Part shown: positions 1 through 6,849 of the stretch, piece after piece
Layout: each line of letters opens with the position of its first letter
Position numbering within the stretch: position 1 is the first letter of the stretch
Virus record (IMG/VR): IMGVR_UViG_3300025151_000004
Span: 1-55,851 of that record
Length of the DNA: 55,851 bases
From: a virus
Lineage: Duplodnaviria > Caudoviricetes
Strand: one strand, 5' to 3'
The notes under the pieces: model-generated
The model's input: the letters and a program-made list of their open reading frames with translations, nothing else
What the model was told of the DNA's origin: nothing
Databases searched by the model: none
Translations under genes and position numbers: made by a program

Positions 1-41
1 AGAATCATTCGCATTGAGAATGCAACTAAGAATCATTCGCA
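1..41. repeat. 41-nt terminal direct repeat (left copy); probably circular assembly overlap
   Basis: 1-41 is identical to 55811-55851. Confidence 0.9.
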
Positions 42-101
42 ACCCATAGGTAAGGTCTCGCCCGGACACCGTGAGGCATCCGGGCTGACCCTTGGGTGAG
101 G

Positions 102-389
102 CTACTTGACGAAAGCGAGCTTGACTGGTGCGGCTTCCTTAGCCGGTGCCTTGGTTGGTCGGTCTTTCTTCGCAGTCACATGCTTGATCACGAGTTTCTG
201 CTGGTAGCCGATGGACACCCGTACATCGGTGCCTTTCGGCAACCCGATGATCTCGCCTTTGACGGCTCCCCGGATGTTGATCCACTTCCCATCCAGGATA
301 TCCCCTTTCTTGTACTTTTCTTCGAGGGGATCGCCTTCGATGAAACTATCCAGAGGAACATCCAAAACAATCTGCACATTCTTGGTCAT
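102..389 (-). CDS. hypothetical protein, Lys/Ala/Pro-rich C-terminus
   Basis: 95 aa ORF with GGAGGT RBS (complement of 396-401) upstream of ATG. Confidence 0.75.
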   Translation of the reverse strand: MTKNVQIVLDVPLDSFIEGDPLEEKYKKGDILDGKWINIRGAVKGEIIGLPKGTDVRVSIGYQQKLVIKHVTAKKDRPTKAPAKEAAPVKLAFVK

Positions 390-470
390 TGTTAGACCTC
401 CTGTTTCCCGGTCGCCTGATTACGTCCGGTCCGGCTAGTATACTCGATCCGGATCCACCTCCGAATGTTT

Positions 471-503
471 TTTTTGCATGGCTGGTATGCGTCAAATGCA
501 TGG
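471..503 (-). promoter_or_regulatory. 33-bp promoter/operator-like element (TTGACG plus GCAT..ATGC dyad), inverted copy of 55018-55050
   Basis: 30/33 identity to reverse complement of 55018-55050; faces gene 102-389. Confidence 0.6.
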
Positions 504-540
504 CTAATTCTCTTGACTGTGACATTTTTGCAACTACCTC

Positions 541-676
541 GTTCACCTTTTGTTCCTCTAGGTTTGTTCCCCATTTGTTCACCATTTGTTCCTCTAGGTT
601 TGTTCCCGGTTTGTTCCCGGTTTGTTCTCTTAGGTTTGTTCTCGGTTTGTTCTCTAGGTCTGTTCTTCCTTTGTTC
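541..676 (+). promoter_or_regulatory. left arm of LexA (alphaproteobacterial SOS box) array
   Basis: GTTC at 541,552,566,577,588,602,613,624,638,649,662,673; seven pairs have exact GTTC-N7-GTTC spacing. Confidence 0.7.
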
Positions 677-761
677 TTCTAGTATATATATATATAAATA
701 GAATACGGGCGTGCGGGCGGGCGAGGGCTAACGAATGAACATGCCAACGATACAATTCCCG

Positions 762-906
762 GAACAAAACGTGAACAAAACCAGAACAAAACGTGAACAA
801 ACCCGGAACAAACCATGAACAAGCTTATGAGAACATTACGTGAACAAATGATGAACAAGCTTATGGGAACAATCCGGGAACAAACAGGGAATATACCTAT
901 GAGAAC
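762..906 (+). promoter_or_regulatory. right arm of LexA box array (inverted relative to left arm)
   Basis: GAAC at 762,773,784,795,806,817,831,842,853,867,878,903; eight pairs have exact GAAC-N7-GAAC spacing. Confidence 0.7.
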
Positions 907-910
907 AAAC

Positions 911-951
911 AGGGGTCGCCCTGTGATGACTAGGGGTCGCCCTGTGATGAC
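911..951. repeat. tandem duplication of 20-bp AGGGGTCGCCCTGTGATGAC
   Basis: identical copies at 911-930 and 932-951. Confidence 0.9.
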
Positions 952-1230
952 CGGGAGAAAGCCGGAACAAGAGGGTTAACTCTTGGTTTATATAAATATC
1001 TTTCTAAGAGGAATTAAAACCCCCAATTCATCCCATAAAATCCCATTAAAACCCATGATCAAACACAGTCATAAAGTAAGTGATCACTTTACTTATCCAA
1101 AATTATAATAGGTTAATAAGAGGCAATACCCGTATAGGCCCAGAAATCGGCCAAAAAAGTTTCCGCTTGACTGTGACATTTCGGCCACACCGGGCCAAAA
1201 AACGGCGGAATCCTGCGGGTTTTTGCGGCG

Positions 1231-1259
1231 TTGACACCGGCGAGTTTTTGCGTCAGGGT
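1231..1259 (+). promoter_or_regulatory. putative early promoter
   Basis: TTGACA at 1231-1236 upstream of first + strand gene; -10 element is poor. Confidence 0.4.
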
Positions 1260-1304
1260 TGGATCAGTTCCGGTTCAACCCCTTGTACATATGGAGATTA
1301 GATC

Positions 1305-1535
1305 ATGGCAGCATATACGTATGTTAATGGCATTCGGATAACCTCCCTTTTTAACATCCAAAACAGGGAGGAAGGCTATTATGTACGGAAAGACGATACA
1401 GAAGTTTTTTGTACTGATTTCGACGAAGCATTGAAGTTAGCCAATATTATCGCTTTCCACAAAGACATGTTATATAAAGAACGTGAGAAAGCCTTTCTTA
1501 CCTCTGTCATTAGAAAAAGTGAGGAATCGTCATGA
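1305..1535 (+). CDS. hypothetical early protein
   Basis: GGAGA RBS, ATGA coupling to next gene. Confidence 0.75.
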   Translation: MAAYTYVNGIRITSLFNIQNREEGYYVRKDDTEVFCTDFDEALKLANIIAFHKDMLYKEREKAFLTSVIRKSEESS

Positions 1536-1774
1536 AATTTAGGATCATCTTTAATTGTGAATCATGTGATGGAACCGGGGAGGAAATAATTATAGGCGGC
1601 GACATAGATCAGAATGGTCCGTATATTGTTGAAGAGGTTCTCAAATGCAGGGAATGCGGCGGACATGGGGAGGGTGGCATGTATACAGTCACTGATCTCT
1701 ACGAGAATGTCGATGATGTGGAACGGGATTATCCCGAGTATAGAGCCATCATCCCTTTGGAGAATTCATTATGA
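1532..1774 (+). CDS. small zinc-finger protein (DnaJ-type CxxCxGxG pair)
   Basis: CESCDGTG and CRECGGHG motifs; GAGGA RBS. Confidence 0.75.
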   Translation: MKFRIIFNCESCDGTGEEIIIGGDIDQNGPYIVEEVLKCRECGGHGEGGMYTVTDLYENVDDVERDYPEYRAIIPLENSL

Positions 1775-2226
1775 CGGAGACATGGGTGAAAGAGTATATT
1801 GAAACGGTATCCGCAGCGCCTTATGACGAAGATGAGGCCAGTACATTTATCAATGATATGCACACCTACTATGAAGAGGAGAAGCCTATGAAAAACATGT
1901 ATTGGAAAACACAGATGAGCGTTGATAAACCTAAGACAAACACCATTCTGTCTATCATTATGCAAGACTGGCAAGGTTTAACCTACAAAACAGGTGAGCT
2001 TGTAGATGTTACGGTTACCGATATGGTAGAGCTATTGGGCGATCCTAATAGTAAGGATGACCCTGACAAGGTTAAAAACGGCTATTCATGGCGGCTCTTT
2101 GTTGATGAAAATCCTGTAGGAATATGGGATTGGAAGGGCTCGTCTGACCAAGATACTTGGTCGTTCTATGGCCATCCTGCTGATGTCGCCAAGTTATTCG
2201 GCGAAGATCATGTAAGGGCTAGATGA
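1771..2226 (+). CDS. hypothetical protein
   Basis: 151 aa, translationally coupled to upstream gene. Confidence 0.7.
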   Translation: MTETWVKEYIETVSAAPYDEDEASTFINDMHTYYEEEKPMKNMYWKTQMSVDKPKTNTILSIIMQDWQGLTYKTGELVDVTVTDMVELLGDPNSKDDPDKVKNGYSWRLFVDENPVGIWDWKGSSDQDTWSFYGHPADVAKLFGEDHVRAR

Positions 2227-2227
2227 G

Positions 2228-2377
2228 ATGGGGAGAGTAAAGGCTTGGCTAATGAGTATGGAAGATGATGCATGTGTGCTGACCCTAAAAGAATTTATAG
2301 AGAAATGGGGCAGGGCACACGCCACAATATGGTTTGAACAAAATGAAAAGATGGAGAATGAAAATGTCGTACATTGA
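2228..2377 (+). CDS. small hypothetical protein (MGRVKAWLMSMEDDA...), not in ORF track
   Basis: 49 aa ORF read manually, fills gap between neighbours. Confidence 0.6.
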   Translation: MGRVKAWLMSMEDDACVLTLKEFIEKWGRAHATIWFEQNEKMENENVVH

Positions 2378-3248
2378 TTTAGAATTTGAGCCTATTGAAA
2401 CCGAACTTTATACCTCAACCGGCGATGTCTGCCCTAATCACAAGGCACTCGTACATCCAAATGGCCATGTACTAGGCGTTGTCGGTCGGAGTTATAGGGT
2501 AATCTCCAATGAAGAACTTTTTGATAACATGTATCAAGCTATAGAGTCATCTATGAGTGACAAAGCTATTGCTACGATGGAAGTTATTGACAGCCAAGTT
2601 AGGAATTACGCCAAGACTTATAGAGAAATCCGATTTCCTGAAATCTCTAGGTCTATCGAAACGAGGACACACAAGACAGATGTGGGTTTCCGCATCATCG
2701 AGGAGAACTCATTTGATGGTTCAGGATCAGTCAGGGTTCTGCTAGGTTCGATAGACTACCATTGCACTAACGGAATGATCCATGGCCAGTATGATGTGTT
2801 TAAGAAAACCCACAAGGGGCACGCCCCTATTCCGAGTTTCGAAGGTATCTTCGTAAAGGCCCTAGAACAATATACGGACAAGATGGACTTATACCAGAAG
2901 TGGGCGTCTAAGTCTCTTACTGACTCCGCTGTCCATAACTTTGTATCAACTTTATTCCCGACGACGAAAAAGAATAGCAATGATCCGAAGTTTATCACCA
3001 CTAAACCTTACTCGCTTATGGGTGATAATTTAATCAGGCAATACGAAAACGAGACATTTGTCCGGGGCAACAATGTTTGGGCAATGTATTCGGCCATGAC
3101 ATTCTACGCATCTCATGACAGTGAGATTTTCCCGCTTAACAAGATGTCCAAAGATCAGGACAACGACCAAGAACGATTGTCTCGACGTAGCGACAAGGTT
3201 ACTTCTTGGCTAAACTCAGACGCATGGTCTGAACTAATCGCAGCGTGA
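2364..3248 (+). CDS. DUF932/DUF945-family phage protein
   Basis: LGVVG..Y..I.N, NSFDGSGS and CTNGMI motifs; start moved to ATG 2364 after GGAGA RBS. Confidence 0.75.
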   Translation: MSYIDLEFEPIETELYTSTGDVCPNHKALVHPNGHVLGVVGRSYRVISNEELFDNMYQAIESSMSDKAIATMEVIDSQVRNYAKTYREIRFPEISRSIETRTHKTDVGFRIIEENSFDGSGSVRVLLGSIDYHCTNGMIHGQYDVFKKTHKGHAPIPSFEGIFVKALEQYTDKMDLYQKWASKSLTDSAVHNFVSTLFPTTKKNSNDPKFITTKPYSLMGDNLIRQYENETFVRGNNVWAMYSAMTFYASHDSEIFPLNKMSKDQDNDQERLSRRSDKVTSWLNSDAWSELIAA

Positions 3249-3256
3249 CAATCAAT

Positions 3257-3284
3257 GGGGTTCCGGATTATATTCTGGAACCCC
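3257..3284 (+). other. intergenic GC-rich hairpin, same family as 55397-55753 copies
   Basis: GGGGTTCCGGA-TTATAT-TCTGGAACCCC. Confidence 0.7.
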
Positions 3285-3305
3285 GTCTTTCATGGAGAAA
3301 AACGA

Positions 3306-3383
3306 ATGACTTTTCTAGATATCTGGATGCTTGTTGTGGCTCTAAGCTTTGCTTTCTTTGTCATTTATATAGCTGGAAGCTAA
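3306..3383 (+). CDS. 25-aa hydrophobic membrane micropeptide (MTFLDIWMLVVALSFAFFVIYIAGS)
   Basis: GGAG RBS at 3294; one TM segment; not in ORF track. Confidence 0.6.
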   Translation: MTFLDIWMLVVALSFAFFVIYIAGS

Positions 3384-3398
3384 TAAAGGATAAGACAG

Positions 3399-4040
3399 AT
3401 GACAACTCTGAAACTACTCAAAGAGAATATAGGCTCTGATCTAGGCAAGCCTAGTAAAATGCCGGGTTATTCATGGGGTATCTCTGCTGATCTATGTATA
3501 ACTGGCGGCACATTGATCAAACTAGAGGGATCAGTGTGTGAGAACTGTTATGCTATGAAGGGGAACTATAGATACCCAAGTGTAACTAAATCCCATGCGA
3601 ACAGGATTGCCGCATATAATAAAGATAATATTATCTGGCGGGAAGGCATGGTTGAGCTACTGCGTAAACGCATCCCCGATGATGCCCCTATTGTAGATAA
3701 GTACTTCCGTATCTTTGACGCCGGAGATATCCAAAGCGAACAGATGCTGATTGATTGGATATTTGTGGCCGAACAATTACCCGATATTAAATTTTGGCTA
3801 CCCACAAAAGAATATCGGATCATTCGTAAGTTCAAGGGCGATATCCCAGATAACTTAATCATCCGAGTATCAAGCCCGAATATAAATCAGGAGCCGTTAA
3901 ACTTTGCCCATACTTCCACGGTCCATGAGGAATCCCCATTTGGATTTGAGTGTGAGGCATATACCCGAGACCATAAGTGTGGATCATGTCGTGCCTGTTG
4001 GAATAAAGAAATTCCGAACGTGAGTTATCCAGAACAGTAA
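3399..4040 (+). CDS. Gp88-like Cys-rich phage protein
   Basis: SKMPGYSW, C..C..CYA, FRIFDAGD, WLPTKE, CGSCRACW motifs. Confidence 0.7.
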   Translation: MTTLKLLKENIGSDLGKPSKMPGYSWGISADLCITGGTLIKLEGSVCENCYAMKGNYRYPSVTKSHANRIAAYNKDNIIWREGMVELLRKRIPDDAPIVDKYFRIFDAGDIQSEQMLIDWIFVAEQLPDIKFWLPTKEYRIIRKFKGDIPDNLIIRVSSPNINQEPLNFAHTSTVHEESPFGFECEAYTRDHKCGSCRACWNKEIPNVSYPEQ

Positions 4041-4137
4041 ACAGGGAAGGGCATGGGGTAGCCTCTAAGCACATGAGTGCTACCCCCATAGCCCAGAGAC
4101 CCTAAAACGCACCCACGATCAAATTTGAGGGGTTACC

Positions 4138-4536
4138 GTGGCTTTCTATCTTTTAGACACCAATCAAACCCATGTTATTACCGAAAAGCTAATCAATGTG
4201 GCCGAACATAGGTCAGCTAGGATTAAATCATCAAGACATGCCGCCGCCGTAACACGAAGGGGCGTCATCATATCGACCGGATGGAATAAACTTAAGTCAC
4301 ACCCTATGCAGGCAAGGTTTGCATCAGATGCTGGTAAACCTGAGAAGATATTCCTGCACGCAGAGACGGACGCCATAATCAAAACCATAAATAAACACGG
4401 CCCAGAAATATTATCAGGGTGTGAGATGTATATTATTAGGCTTACAAAAAATGGACGGCTTGCTAAATCTAAGCCTTGCATTAGTTGCCTTGGTTTGCTA
4501 AATCATTTTCAGATCAATCATGTATATCATACTTGA
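4138..4536 (+). CDS. cytidine/dCMP deaminase-fold protein
   Basis: HAE and PCxxC zinc-binding motifs. Confidence 0.8.
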   Translation: MAFYLLDTNQTHVITEKLINVAEHRSARIKSSRHAAAVTRRGVIISTGWNKLKSHPMQARFASDAGKPEKIFLHAETDAIIKTINKHGPEILSGCEMYIIRLTKNGRLAKSKPCISCLGLLNHFQINHVYHT

Positions 4537-4571
4537 ACTAGCCAATGAACTAGCCAATGAAAAGGAAATAA

Positions 4572-5234
4572 ATGACTCTTAATAAACTCCCAATAGTAGG
4601 TCTTTCCCATATCGCCCATATGTATGGGAAGACACCAGAAGAAACCATCCTGTACTATGCCCGTGTATCCAACCCTAAGAATCAATCCAAGGATAATCCA
4701 AAGTTACTCACCTATCTAATCGAGAATGAACATTGGTCTCCATTTGAGATGGTCTCCATGTGTTTAGACATTGAGACAACACGGGACATAGCACGACAGA
4801 TACTCAGGCATAGATCATTCTCATTCCAAGAATTTTCACAAAGATATTCAGAAGTAGACTTGAACTGGAACAGGAGATCGGCCCGGTTACAAGACAAAGA
4901 GAATAGACAGAACTCCCATGAGTTAGACCCTGACCTCCATGAACATCGGACATTATCCCAAGAGTGGGAATGGAAACAGTTTGATGTGATAGAGGCATCA
5001 GAGAGGGCATATAGGTGGGCTCTTGAAAAAGGAATAGCAAAAGAGCAAGCCCGTGCCATCCTCCCTGAAGGACTAATATCAACCCGACTGTATATGCATG
5101 GGACAATCAGAAGCTGGATTCATTACACCGATCTGAGAACCAAACCTGAGACACAAAAAGAACACCGGGCTGTCGCCCTTGAATGTCAGAGAATTCTTTT
5201 TGAAGTTTGTCCTAGTTTAAACAAGGAGTACTAA
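4572..5234 (+). CDS. thyX: FAD-dependent thymidylate synthase
   Basis: HWSPFE and QILRHRSFSFQEFSQRY signature. Confidence 0.95.
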   Translation: MTLNKLPIVGLSHIAHMYGKTPEETILYYARVSNPKNQSKDNPKLLTYLIENEHWSPFEMVSMCLDIETTRDIARQILRHRSFSFQEFSQRYSEVDLNWNRRSARLQDKENRQNSHELDPDLHEHRTLSQEWEWKQFDVIEASERAYRWALEKGIAKEQARAILPEGLISTRLYMHGTIRSWIHYTDLRTKPETQKEHRAVALECQRILFEVCPSLNKEY

Positions 5235-5260
5235 GAGTGACTAAGAGTGACTAAGAGTGA
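5231..5260. repeat. 10-bp tandem repeat (CTAAGAGTGA)x3
   Basis: direct reading. Confidence 0.9.
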
Positions 5261-5349
5261 CTAGGAATAAACCAATAATAAACAAGGATTAGCTAAGTCT
5301 TAGCTAGAGTCCTAGGATATACCCTAGTACCTCCCGGCCTCCTGACCCC

Positions 5350-5420
5350 AACCTAGCACACCGAAACCCCGGTGTCAACCCCAGAATTTCCTTGACACCG
5401 GGGTGAGGTCGGGGTAGAAC
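5350..5420. promoter_or_regulatory. back-to-back sigma70-type promoters
   Basis: + strand TTGACA(5392)-17 nt-TAGAAC; - strand TTGACA(5378)-17 nt-TAGGTT; inverted repeat ACCCCGGTGTCAA/TTGACACCGGGGT. Confidence 0.6.
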
Positions 5421-5437
5421 CCCCAGACGAGACCAAT

Positions 5438-5514
5438 GGACGCTTAGCTCAGTTGGATAGAGCAACAGCCTTCTAAGCTGTGGGTCAGTGGTTCGAGTCC
5501 ACTAGCGTCCACCA
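5438..5514 (+). tRNA. tRNA-Arg (anticodon TCT)
   Basis: 77-nt cloverleaf, ACAGC-CT-TCT-AA-GCTGT anticodon arm, GGTTCGAGTCC T-arm, encoded CCA. Confidence 0.95.
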
Positions 5515-5562
5515 TATAATACAAACCATTACCGGAAGATTTCTGTAACTAAGGAGTATAAA

Positions 5563-5820
5563 ATGGAAAAAGTAAGAAGGACTGAATTAAAATATGACGA
5601 TGAGTTGGGGATAGACGTTACTATCCCTTACGAAACATGTGATTATATTGTATCTGAAACTATTAAAAGAAGTTTGAGAGATGAAATTTGGCTTAGAAAG
5701 AGGGGCTCAGCATATACCATGAAGAGACCAACATATACGGCCTTATTGCGTAGCCTTCAGTGGTACACCAATGATGTAGATTACAATCTGTTTAAAGCGG
5801 AGATCGAAGATGCAAGCTGA
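5563..5820 (+). CDS. hypothetical protein
   Basis: AAGGAG RBS, 85 aa. Confidence 0.75.
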   Translation: MEKVRRTELKYDDELGIDVTIPYETCDYIVSETIKRSLRDEIWLRKRGSAYTMKRPTYTALLRSLQWYTNDVDYNLFKAEIEDAS

Positions 5821-6067
5821 ATTAGACAGCTTAGAAAAAAACATCATGAAGACATGGACTATACTGGAGGATCTCCATTCTGTACTTGAAAACACAGATG
5901 AGAACGGAAACTATACTGGGCAGATAGCTAACACAACATCATCAACTCTTATCAAATCAATCGTGGTTCTATATGCGGTACATTTTGAAGACCTCTTTAA
6001 ATCATATGAGAAAATGGTTGATACTGTCAATTCTATTGAATGGACCCCGCCAACTGAAAAACACTGA
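5810..6067 (+). CDS. hypothetical protein
   Basis: GGAG RBS, overlaps upstream stop. Confidence 0.7.
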   Translation: MQAELDSLEKNIMKTWTILEDLHSVLENTDENGNYTGQIANTTSSTLIKSIVVLYAVHFEDLFKSYEKMVDTVNSIEWTPPTEKH

Positions 6068-6078
6068 GGATAGACAAC

Positions 6079-6849
6079 ATGTTAAAAGTGCTTGACTTAT
6101 TCAGTGGGATAGGAGGATTTAGTCTTGGACTCGAAAAAACAGGGGGCTTTAAAACCACCGCCTTCTGCGAAATCAACCAGTATGCCTGCGCAGTCTTGCG
6201 AAAGCACTGGCCCGATGTCCCCCTCTATGAAGACGTCAGAGAACTTACCTCTGACCGACTCAAAGCAGACGGAGTTACCGTTGATGTCATCTGCGGGGGA
6301 TTCCCCTGCCAAGACATCAGCACCGCAGGAAAAGGCGCAGGCCTTGCCGGAGAGCGAAGCGGGCTCTGGTCAGAAATCGCCCGTCTTGTTAGCGAACTAC
6401 GACCTAGATACGTCCTTGTGGAGAACGTCTCAGCGCTGCGTACTCGGGGGTTATCAAGAGTTCTCGGAGACCTTTCCGAGATCGGGTATGATGCAGAATG
6501 GCATTGCATACCAGCTTCCTACATTGGCGCACCGCACCAAAGGGACCGGATATGGATTATGGCCTACAGCAGCAGCACGGGACTGGAAGGATACACCGGG
6601 GATGGCGAGGACTGCGGTGAACCCGGACGGTTCGGTACGAAAGCGGGTGGACCAGTTAGCAAGGGCAGTCTACTCTGCGGAGGACTCCCAAAAGGGAGAT
6701 GGCCATCTGAACCCGACGTGGGTCGAGTGGCTCATGGGATACCCAACAGAGTGGACCGCCTTAAGTGCCTCGGAAATGCCCTCGTCCCGCAAATCCCCGA
6801 AATGATTGGACATGCAATAATCCACCAACTGGAACAGACTAATGCCTGA
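6079..6849 (+). CDS. DNA (cytosine-5) methyltransferase, main chain lacking motif IX
   Basis: DLFSGIGG (I), GFPCQD (IV), ENV (VI), QRDRIW (VIII), LGNALVP (X). Confidence 0.92.
   Translation: MLKVLDLFSGIGGFSLGLEKTGGFKTTAFCEINQYACAVLRKHWPDVPLYEDVRELTSDRLKADGVTVDVICGGFPCQDISTAGKGAGLAGERSGLWSEIARLVSELRPRYVLVENVSALRTRGLSRVLGDLSEIGYDAEWHCIPASYIGAPHQRDRIWIMAYSSSTGLEGYTGDGEDCGEPGRFGTKAGGPVSKGSLLCGGLPKGRWPSEPDVGRVAHGIPNRVDRLKCLGNALVPQIPEMIGHAIIHQLEQTNA
6125..6805 (+). CDS. overlapping-frame C5-MTase partner chain carrying motif IX
   Basis: 226-codon nested ORF in +1 frame ending HLNPTWVEWLMGYPTEWT; true start uncertain. Confidence 0.65.
   Translation: MDSKKQGALKPPPSAKSTSMPAQSCESTGPMSPSMKTSENLPLTDSKQTELPLMSSAGDSPAKTSAPQEKAQALPESEAGSGQKSPVLLANYDLDTSLWRTSQRCVLGGYQEFSETFPRSGMMQNGIAYQLPTLAHRTKGTGYGLWPTAAARDWKDTPGMARTAVNPDGSVRKRVDQLARAVYSAEDSQKGDGHLNPTWVEWLMGYPTEWTALSASEMPSSRKSPK

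Noticed and set aside
1-41. 41-bp identical ends as biological terminal repeats
   Set aside because: Length is typical of an assembler k-mer overlap; real termini cannot be determined without reads
346-701. ORFs over the GTTC repeat arm
   Set aside because: Low-complexity translations of the repeat; mixed 11/14-bp periodicity is not codon-based
976-990. CtrA box (TTAA-N7-TTTA)
   Set aside because: Single imperfect match in AT-rich DNA, expected by chance
3245-3439. 64-aa ORF in the track
   Set aside because: Runs through the hairpin; the nested 25-aa ORF has the better RBS
5438-5514. tRNA as attP integration site
   Set aside because: No integrase recognised and the tRNA is complete with its own promoter
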